Assembly (NCBI GenBank): GCA_051294905.1
Contig: CM119377.1
Span: 7,936,001 to 8,000,000, forward strand
Origin: Botryllus schlosseri
Taxonomy: Eukaryota
Direction: 5' to 3'
Length of the DNA: 64,000 nucleotides
Position 1 is the stretch's first letter, and each line of letters opens with the position of its first letter. Both the position numbers and the translations under genes were made by a program. Below are positions 47,528 to 56,147 of this stretch, in pieces. The notes below the pieces were generated by a model that ran no database searches, was not told the DNA's origin, and saw nothing but the letters and a program-made list of their open reading frames with translations.

Positions 47528-50500
47528 TTATTTACGGTGAATAATTTTAGAAAATCGTTTCTTGTCAGAGTTCAACAGAGAGCTCAAAGGCGATGGTCGG
47601 GTCGCGACTGGCCGGATCGCGAATTTACGCTTGACGCCGGGCCACAGTTCCGCACGTTTCTTTCTTTCTCGGTTGCTCACAGTGACTTTGATTTCTTTCG
47701 CCGGACGTCTCGCAGATCGTCCCGTTCCAGATTTTCCAGTCGTTTCTACAGTACTTTTCGAATCTTTGCCGCTTACCCCCGCGGAACCCACGCAGTCGAT
47801 TATTCTCGACTTCACCTCACCGGGAATGTCGGCATCTGCCCGCAACCGCCTTTTACGGCACTTATCCGCTTTTCTCTTGTTCCAGGCTTGAGGAGTATAC
47901 CAATTCTTGGGGAGGAAACTGAAAAAACTGGAATCAAGGCCACCAGCGCCGAGACCGTCGCCAGGTATGTGACCATCGTCGCGAGGCTCGGGCCGGGTTT
48001 CAAGTGAAGATTTCACAAACTTTCCAACCGCAGTAGTGCACAGATGGCCAGCATTTGTTTCGCACTTCATGTACTGCAACGAGCCGAGCTTAGTCTGCAT
48101 GCAGACCGCTTGCATCTTATCCCAAAACGACTCTAGCGTATGCGCGTCGTCTAATCTATACGCTATCCTCTCGTAATTCTTTTCCGCGACTTTCATAAAT
48201 CCGGCGCAGCTGGTACGCGTATCCACCACAGTCGCGTTCCTATGCACGTACACCATCAGACTTTCCTTCGGCATGTGCCATCCGTTGCCGACTTTGCATG
48301 TCATCGTCACCAGGCCCATGAAAAATAACTGGTGTACGCTTTCGACGAGAGAGTAGATGAACCTTCTCTTGCCGAGAAACAAGCACTTGATGCCCGACGG
48401 TAAGTGTCGGACCGGCGTGTGACTCTTGTCAGCGTCCCGCAGATACCCCTCCAGCTCTTCGGTCATCCGCCAAGGTCTGTGAAACTGACACAGTATCGAC
48501 AGCGGCATGATCGATGCCAGTTCTCCGATTTGCAACCATTTGCGGTCGACGTGTGTGTGGATAGAGGCCGACGGCAGATATCGTTTCCATGTGAACTCGG
48601 AGTTGTAAAGTTTCAGCGCGGCCGCTTCCAAGTTACCGTCATTAGCCGTATCGGAGAGCAGATGGCCGTATGCCAAATACCACAAAAATTCGTGTAAGAC
48701 ACGCAGCCTTTTGAATCTCGGCTGTAAATACGGATTAACGGGATTCTCCTCTATCGCTTCTTCCTTCTTACTCATTTCACGCTTCTGATTCTCCGCCTTT
48801 TCCTGCTCTTGCCTGGCGATACGACCCTCCTCGCGTGCGATGTACTCGAATCGTTCCTGATCTATCGCAGACTCGTACAGCGCGTCGGGACAGTCCAACG
48901 AGCGGAGGAAATGAAAAGTCTCGGTCACTTCTCTGTGCGTGAACTGCACCTCGTCGTGTTTCAGCACTCCGTTCGCATTCATTTTCTTGACAAGCCTGGT
49001 AACGGAAATGGAGTCCACTTTACATGTGACGCCGTCCTTCTCGTCGGCCGTGGTGATGAGTTTTTTGAGCTTGGTCAATCCGGTGACTATTTTTTCCCCG
49101 TTGACGAACTCCAGAATGAGATTGTGACGCTTGATGGCGCGCGCCGTCAAATTCGCGTCCCACTTTTTCAAGTGAGTCATGTCTGACTTTGTCGTCAAAT
49201 CAACGGAAGGGTTCAATTGATCGATTCTCGATTTCTTAGTTTCTTTCAATTTCGAACTCCCGGAGTTATTAGCATGCAAATCTACGGCTGCAGCATCCTG
49301 CGTGCACTCGTCATACTTCGTCGACAGCACAAGTTCCTGCATTTTCTTTTTGACCGCAATAAACTCCTCGCTTTTGCCGCAGTTACCGGAAACTGTCTTG
49401 GGAAAGTACATCATAACGCGCTGCTTGCCTCGATCGATCAGCACCGCGTCCAGGACGTCCTTATGGACCAACGAGGTGATGATGTATCTCGCTTCCAACG
49501 CACTGATATCTTTGACAAGCCGATGCATGTCTGCCTGGGACACCCCCCTCGCCGCGTTTTGCTTGATAAAATCGTACGCCTGGTTCAATATCGGTTGATT
49601 GAGTGTCAGCGGCACCAAGACGAGATCATCGCTGTGTACGACCGGTCCCGGGTCGTCTTGTTTTTCAGCAAGGGCGGCTGTCCATTCGCACACTGACCGT
49701 CTCTGCTTTGAAATCGTGATTTCACCCGTTTTTGTCAGCATCCTATACGCTGACCTAAACTGTATCAATCGTGTCTTAAATTTCTCTTTCAAAACGCCAA
49801 GGTTCATAGACTGGTCAGGAGCGTTTTGCAATTCCGTCAAAATCCCCTTCATAACTCTGGCGTTGAGCGCCAGGGAGGTGCGCTCGTACTTTTTCAAGTT
49901 CACCAAAATCTGAGTGCACGTGCGGTTAGTTTTGTAAGTGTGGTGGGACTTAGTGACCAGCCCGACAACCTGCAACGTCTTTACGATGGCCTGGTAGGCC
50001 TTATTGCGGAAATTCAATTTGGCCAGCCGCGACTGGATCACGCCTTCCCACCTGGAACGCGCGATCAACTCCAACACGCAATAGCAATGATCGCTTACAT
50101 GCTCCAAAAGCACGCGACTAATATTTCCCGATAGCATCGCGTGTTCTCTAACGGATTGAGACGCCACAACGACAATCCGTTTTCGGCCGTACTTGGCAAA
50201 ACTCGTGGTTAAATCTAAGGATTGTTCAATGATATCATCTTTGATATCGACCCTCTCGCTATAATCCGAGCAACATCCGCGTATGCCCTCCTCATCCGTT
50301 TGTACCGCACTGTTACTATACACTTCCACTAGTGTATCGAGCTCGTCTGGGGCTGTGGCTGTAGGCACTTCTTCCTCATCTAGACTTTTAGTCCGCTCGA
50401 ATACCTGTGGTTCCTCACGAGGTCTCGGTATTTGTACGATTCTCAGCGGCGTGTGATCCAGGATGAATCTCCACAGGTACTCGCGCAGTTTATCGCAAAC

Positions 50501-50614
50501 TTCATACGGAAGTTTTGGTTTCCGACGATTCATGCGCAGCCATAACGTAGGCAACGTGATCCCGTCCAGACCTTCGAGCGCGATTTCTTCGACGCAAATT
50601 CGTCTGATGTCCAT
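47528..50614 (-). CDS. GTF3C1: GTF3C1 copy 3: open reading frame of 1028 aa, N-terminal half only
   Basis: Uninterrupted ATG-to-TAA ORF collinear with aa 1 to ~1035 of copy 1, roughly 70-75% identical by eye over the N-terminal 250 aa. It ends in the basic linker with a novel tail SDKKRFSKIIHRK*. Confidence 0.85.
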   Translation of the reverse strand: MDIRRICVEEIALEGLDGITLPTLWLRMNRRKPKLPYEVCDKLREYLWRFILDHTPLRIVQIPRPREEPQVFERTKSLDEEEVPTATAPDELDTLVEVYSNSAVQTDEEGIRGCCSDYSERVDIKDDIIEQSLDLTTSFAKYGRKRIVVVASQSVREHAMLSGNISRVLLEHVSDHCYCVLELIARSRWEGVIQSRLAKLNFRNKAYQAIVKTLQVVGLVTKSHHTYKTNRTCTQILVNLKKYERTSLALNARVMKGILTELQNAPDQSMNLGVLKEKFKTRLIQFRSAYRMLTKTGEITISKQRRSVCEWTAALAEKQDDPGPVVHSDDLVLVPLTLNQPILNQAYDFIKQNAARGVSQADMHRLVKDISALEARYIITSLVHKDVLDAVLIDRGKQRVMMYFPKTVSGNCGKSEEFIAVKKKMQELVLSTKYDECTQDAAAVDLHANNSGSSKLKETKKSRIDQLNPSVDLTTKSDMTHLKKWDANLTARAIKRHNLILEFVNGEKIVTGLTKLKKLITTADEKDGVTCKVDSISVTRLVKKMNANGVLKHDEVQFTHREVTETFHFLRSLDCPDALYESAIDQERFEYIAREEGRIARQEQEKAENQKREMSKKEEAIEENPVNPYLQPRFKRLRVLHEFLWYLAYGHLLSDTANDGNLEAAALKLYNSEFTWKRYLPSASIHTHVDRKWLQIGELASIMPLSILCQFHRPWRMTEELEGYLRDADKSHTPVRHLPSGIKCLFLGKRRFIYSLVESVHQLFFMGLVTMTCKVGNGWHMPKESLMVYVHRNATVVDTRTSCAGFMKVAEKNYERIAYRLDDAHTLESFWDKMQAVCMQTKLGSLQYMKCETNAGHLCTTAVGKFVKSSLETRPEPRDDGHIPGDGLGAGGLDSSFFSFLPKNWYTPQAWNKRKADKCRKRRLRADADIPGEVKSRIIDCVGSAGVSGKDSKSTVETTGKSGTGRSARRPAKEIKVTVSNRERKKRAELWPGVKRKFAIRPVATRPSPLSSLLNSDKKRFSKIIHRK

Positions 50615-52335
50615 CACGGAAACGCATGAATGGTTTAACGCAAGTCTAACTAGGGTAGCTCAATTTTATCTGCAGATATAGAAGCATCGAGATGTAAATG
50701 ACACGAAGAAATACAACGACAATCGTTGAACACAGAGCACAATAGGACCTGGCATACATTTATACATAGTGTCGAGGTGGATTGAAACAGGCATAACATG
50801 ATGACGGTATCTCTGTGTATGCAAAATATAGGAAAATGCACACAGGGCGATATAAACGTTTCCGCAATGTGTGCATTACAGATATCGTTTACCAGTAGGC
50901 AGACTATAGATGCTTGTGTGAAGTTTGTAATAAAAACAATGTCGGGATAAACCATGCTCAGTGCAATTGTGTATTCATCTTCTGAATGATGTCAGTTTGG
51001 TAAAGATCAATAATCCCGCCTGATGAAATGATGTGAAAAAGATTATTAACACAATATATATAAAGAGGTATGGCGTGTAAATATAGCAACAATATATGTC
51101 GGCATTTATGTAAGTATTCTATTTGGCCCTTTTTCAAGAATCGCCCATTTTGATTAAGGTCGTAGTATCGTTAACGGAAGATAGATATCCTTTGAAGAGA
51201 ACAACTACATCAAGACACTCGACTATAGGTCGAATTAGCCACAAATCTGAATTCTGCAGTCAATAGCATGGAATCAGCTAGAATACAGATATAGTCCACA
51301 ACAGTAACAATAGTCCACAACAGTAACAATTTGATTTGATATCGACGCAGAAGGTGCAAAACAATTAACCGTCATATCTCTGGTGGTAAGTGTCGAAGTG
51401 ACATAATGGAAATGATTGTACTCTGACAAATGCATCCAGTAAAAGACAGAGTCAGAAAAGTCAATAGAATGAAACACTTGACAAGCAAAATTTCAACTTG
51501 AGTCCTTTGGACCGGGCTCAGCAGTAGCAAGTGATGATAAGAGCATAAACTTTGCAACAAGGCTTTATGAATTACAGTGGTTCTCAAACATTACAATCCT
51601 ATCGGTTCTAGACCGATGTAGCCATAAATCTGCCTCAGGCCGAGATGATAGGGTCAAAGTACTAACGGAATTATATTTCAACCTAGTTCAATCGGGTATG
51701 TTCCAGCAATAAAAATCAGTGCAACACTGGGATTCTTCCCGAAAATTACAGCCAACAACGACTGAAGCTTTAAAAGGTCTCATTAAACTCTGATACCACA
51801 AAGCGCAATGAAACATAACTCCAAAACTTCACAATTATCAGGTTCAATTCTCACTTGAGGAATGATATATTGACATAACAGTGATTCTATTTGGTCTGAC
51901 ATGATGCGAAATATTTAGTAATGCATAACATTATGTCATATACATTATGTGTGGATACACTGGCAAAAAAATAATCACACAAGCACTTGTGTTGACAGAT
52001 ATCACATTTTTTACATAACTGCATACCAAAGGCGATGTTCAACGAATAACATTGTAAATATGATAACACAAACACACAAAATCGGCATACGCGCCCATAC
52101 AAAATCATCACGGCACATGTTGACCTATCAACTTCGAAGTAGAATTGTTGCGCCTTTGGAATAATATTGGGTTCAACCAAAGGCCCTACAGCGGGACGAG
52201 TCATGAAAGGAATTGCAGCAGAACCCATTTTTATCAAACTGTGGAGCGTTAAAAGGATTGGCCGCATAATAACAAAAATACCATAAGAGAAAAATATGTC
52301 AGGTAGCCTCAATAAGCAAATGACAACACAATAAC

Positions 52336-52583
52336 CAGAGGTTCTCAACCTTTTTAAACGTCTGAAAGCGATAATTACTTTGAAGCACCCTAGCCCTTTC
52401 GAGTAGGCTACTCCAAGGGCCAGTAAGATCTGGGACATTTTTTAGTAAAAATGGTAATCATGCCTTAAATCACGGCCTCATTGTCAGTTGGAGTGCATTT
52501 ATCGACGACCCTTTGTTTAAAATCTTCAGCTTACCAAATGCTACTCAGAATTTGGATGCGGCACCCAGTCGAGAGAACCCCTG
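52336..52583. mobile_element. Short Buster-type hAT MITE downstream of iRhom
   Basis: Ends CAGAGGTTCTCAACC and GAGAGAACCCCTG; TSD is degenerate. Confidence 0.65.
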
Positions 52584-52711
52584 CATTAAATGTAGCCTAT
52601 CATTGAAAGCAAGAGTATACTGCACTGTACTATAACAATGTCATGTATTATAATAAAACGCTAGCTATAGATAAGATGATTGACAATCCACTCTAATTGA
52701 GGGGTCTGAAT

Positions 52712-55402
52712 TCAACTTCGATCAGTGGGAGTAAAACCGTGGTTCGAACAGAACAAGGGGATGATCTCGATGCAGTTGAGATATTGGCAAATTTTACAGT
52801 CGGTCAGCGGGCTGATGTAGAAAAACACAATCAAGAGCGCAAATATCGCGCAGAACACCAAAAAGCATGTGATCACTTGAATTCGCTTCCTCCGACGGTC
52901 AAAGTCGCTGAACGTGATGTAAGGAAGGAACACAAACGACAGGAGCAGCCCGGACAGGAACCCGAAAATGTGCGCAAAGTTATCGATCCAAGGAAGCAAC
53001 CCAAACACAAACAGAACCAGAGCGATCACGGACAGTTTTCCCAGGGCTTTGCCAGGCGACTTCAACAGCTGCCAGCTTTGCAACACTTCCACAAAGAGAC
53101 AAGCCAAAATACCGAAATGGGACCCGGCCGGCCCGACGTCGGCGCGGTACGGCAAGAAGATAGCGGAAGCCAGGTTTCCGCTGATCCCGCTGAGCATGTA
53201 GATCAATGATATCCTCAGCCAGCCGGCTAATTTCTCCATATCCTTGAGCACGGTCATTTGGAACGCGACTGATATGGCACAGTGGACCACGCCCGCGTGT
53301 AGCAAAATGGAAAGCCACAGACGATAGATCTGATCGGGCGACTGCGCTAGCCTGAACTCGATGAGCCCGCAAGTGTCCTGCATGCAATTCACTTGAGAAC
53401 ACAGAGTTGCTTCAGAGTGGAAGACACCTCTTTTATTATCGCAGTATTCCTTTGTTACAATTTCGCACTTTGCCTCCTGCCCGATACAACAAGGGTGACC
53501 CACCAGATCGCAGGACATATGCTGCAGCGTGGTGTCGCTCGTATTTTTCGCGTTGGCGCAGATCGGCCACTTTGTGATGTCATCGGGCCATTCATCCGCT
53601 TGACCGAGCACGTAATCCGCACACAAGTTTGGATCTTGACCACACACAGAACCCGACTGACGGATTTCGACTTGACCGTCCGGGTTTGTGTACCCGGGCG
53701 GGTCGAATTCGGGGTCCGGCCATTTGATCCACGTAGCGAACAAAGAGCTGCACTCGTCTTCGTTGGTTTGAATGCATCCGGAATTGTCTTTTCGCACGCA
53801 GCAAGCCGACTGATTCTCGGCCTTCATTTCTTCCAGCAGCAAAGAATGAAGTTTCGGGTCTTGCCGCATGCACGGCGAGTACTTGGCGCCCAGATGAATC
53901 AAGTCTTTTGTACGCGGGCCAATCCAGAAATTTTGCGGCTCCGAAAACACTTCGCTCACTCTGGACAGGGACTTTTTGGTGGTCGTGAAGCTCTCTTGAA
54001 AATTCGCGAAACCGATCGGAGCCACACCGTAGACAGCCAGCGATATGATGCACACGACAATGTGCACGAACGATATCCAGTACGAAAAATACGGCCTGTG
54101 ATCGTCGAAAGTGTTTAGCTGGTTTTCGACGTAGCTGTTCAAGCGCTTCCTAGTCAGACGCCTGTTAAGCCAGTTGCCCACCAAGCCTTTTCCATATTCT
54201 CGCTTTTCTTTACGACGAAAAGCCACCGAAAGCATCCTCTTCACGCCTGGCTTACGGGCGTCTTTTTGAGCCTGCGCCGGTTTTTCGGGGTACTGCTGTC
54301 GCGGCTGTATGGCGGGGCAGGATTCTTCAACAGGCGACGCGACGATAAAAACCTCATCCGGAAACGACTCTCCTTCTAAAATCGTGGGCATCTGGTCCCG
54401 CATAAACTCTGTCGTGTCACCTTCCTCCGCCTCCGCAGGGACAGCCTCTTCGGCCAAACTCTCCATCGGATAGCTTCCCCGTTCCATCGACTTTCCGACC
54501 AAATCATTCATGATGGACGTACCTTTCACCATCGCGCTCACAACTTTCCAGCTCATCTTGGCCACGGAGTCCTTGCGGTTCCGGTAATCTTGTCTTCGCA
54601 AAGTGGTTGTAGAGAACTGCGCACCGTATCTGGAGGCGTTACCGCCTAGCGATCGGTTTCCCGGGGTGACGGGTGTTCGCGGCGGGGTGCTGATAGCCAA
54701 CGGGCCCCCGGCCATCGAATTGCCTGCGTTCATCGAATAACTTTCGGATATATCCGGGGTGCCAATATGGCGTTTTCCGCCACGTCTCGCTAAAGGATCA
54801 AAAATTTGAGGGGGAGCTTGCGGCGATCCGGAAAAACTATGAAACGTTTCTCTTTCTTCTCTCTCTTCCATTTCTTGTTGCGCTTGCGGTTTCAATTTCC
54901 CATATTTCATGCTGCAGTATCTCAGATGACGCAACCGCCATTTGTTCTGGTCTTCGTCGCAGTTTTTCCCGATCCCAACAAAACTCTCGGTGGCTTCCAT
55001 CATACGACGCGACCCGCTTCTAAGCACGGCCGCACGCTGCAAGAGAGAATTTTGTCTCTGAAACGTAGACCGTTTATGCCTTGAGCCGTCGGTGTTTCGT
55101 TTAGAACCGTGCATCGTGGCACTGAAGCTTCGGTGGTACGCTTTCTGCGCGGACACACTCTGAACGTGAGCGGACCGCGGCATCGGCACGGGATCTGGCG
55201 ATATTGTGTCTTCCGGTATGCGTGATGCCAGTCTGGCTTTCGGTATGTCCAGCTTCAAGTTATGTATGTTTCTTGACGGCCTACGTTCAGAACCTGGATC
55301 TGGGTCTGACAGGGGCTCTGTGACGGGTGCTGCCGCACTGCCAGTGTTATCTTCTGTGTCGTCAGACCGGCCAGGGTTTCCATCTTGATCATCTTCCATC
55401 AT
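52712..55402 (-). CDS. RHBDF1: Inactive rhomboid protein (iRhom, RHBDF1/2-like), ~896 aa, uninterrupted CDS
   Basis: Long Ser/Arg-rich cytosolic N-terminus, then HRPYFSYWISFVH and QNFWIGP...LIHLGAKYSPCMRQD. Cys-rich iRhom homology domain (SACCVRKDNSGCIQT, SGSVCGQDP, GHPCCIG). Rhomboid core QIYRLWLSILLHAG, DMEKLAGWLRISLIY and GPAGSHFG (the GP signature of iRhoms), then WIDNFAHIFG. Likely start MMEDDQ at 55402. Confidence 0.96.
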   Translation of the reverse strand: MMEDDQDGNPGRSDDTEDNTGSAAAPVTEPLSDPDPGSERRPSRNIHNLKLDIPKARLASRIPEDTISPDPVPMPRSAHVQSVSAQKAYHRSFSATMHGSKRNTDGSRHKRSTFQRQNSLLQRAAVLRSGSRRMMEATESFVGIGKNCDEDQNKWRLRHLRYCSMKYGKLKPQAQQEMEEREERETFHSFSGSPQAPPQIFDPLARRGGKRHIGTPDISESYSMNAGNSMAGGPLAISTPPRTPVTPGNRSLGGNASRYGAQFSTTTLRRQDYRNRKDSVAKMSWKVVSAMVKGTSIMNDLVGKSMERGSYPMESLAEEAVPAEAEEGDTTEFMRDQMPTILEGESFPDEVFIVASPVEESCPAIQPRQQYPEKPAQAQKDARKPGVKRMLSVAFRRKEKREYGKGLVGNWLNRRLTRKRLNSYVENQLNTFDDHRPYFSYWISFVHIVVCIISLAVYGVAPIGFANFQESFTTTKKSLSRVSEVFSEPQNFWIGPRTKDLIHLGAKYSPCMRQDPKLHSLLLEEMKAENQSACCVRKDNSGCIQTNEDECSSLFATWIKWPDPEFDPPGYTNPDGQVEIRQSGSVCGQDPNLCADYVLGQADEWPDDITKWPICANAKNTSDTTLQHMSCDLVGHPCCIGQEAKCEIVTKEYCDNKRGVFHSEATLCSQVNCMQDTCGLIEFRLAQSPDQIYRLWLSILLHAGVVHCAISVAFQMTVLKDMEKLAGWLRISLIYMLSGISGNLASAIFLPYRADVGPAGSHFGILACLFVEVLQSWQLLKSPGKALGKLSVIALVLFVFGLLPWIDNFAHIFGFLSGLLLSFVFLPYITFSDFDRRRKRIQVITCFLVFCAIFALLIVFFYISPLTDCKICQYLNCIEIIPLFCSNHGFTPTDRS

Positions 55403-55945
55403 GAGTTCAATTTCAACTAGGCAGCTATTAAAAATACCGAAAATCTGAATAGAAAATGTGTTTAATGATATATTAGGCACCCGGCACCGTATTCAGTAAG
55501 AGCCTGTATGATCAACTGACTTCTGAAATTGAACATCAAACAGATAGCCTAATATAGATCAAAATGTGATACAAAAATCGTGATAAAGCGGACTATATAT
55601 TTTCCCACATGCCATGTTGATTGTAATGACCGTTATTTCTAGGAGATCCTACCACCAAATTCAATCGCCATGTTTGACACAGGGTTATCATGGCATTTGA
55701 AAACAATTCGAAAACATTGCAGCAAACAATACGTTTATATTGCAAATTGATCCCACTCGAAGCTTTTCGAGTGGCCCTTTTCAGAAGTGACCGCCAGTAA
55801 ATGAGGGTAAACAAGCTCGAAATATTGAAAGAATTTTGTCGTTGTGATGTAATAATGACAAGTACACAGAGTCGTGAACGGGAGTAAACAACGCACGGTT
55901 ACAGTACAACGCACACAAAATCAGCTGTACTATCTATCTCGTCCT

Positions 55946-56147
55946 GAAGAAATGCGCGTTCGATGAAAAGCTATGTATCATGTCGAGCAAATAGTTCAAA
56001 AGAGTGAAATAAATGACACATATTCACCTTCAGCCTCAAGAGAGTAGAAGAAATGTGCGTTCGATGAAAAGTTATATATCATGTCGGACAAATAGTTCAA
56101 AAGCGTGAAATAAATGACACATATTCACTTTCAGCCTCAAGAGAGTA
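55946..56147. repeat. Direct tandem duplication, two units of ~101 bp
   Basis: GAAGAAATG(C/T)GCGTTCGATGAAAAG...CAGCCTCAAGAGAGTA is repeated with few mismatches. Confidence 0.9.

Noticed and set aside
55403-55480. N-terminal extension MPNISLNTFSIQIFG of the iRhom ORF
   Set aside because: It starts at a non-ATG codon and is AT-rich with acceptor-like pyrimidine tracts, so it is more likely intron or UTR.
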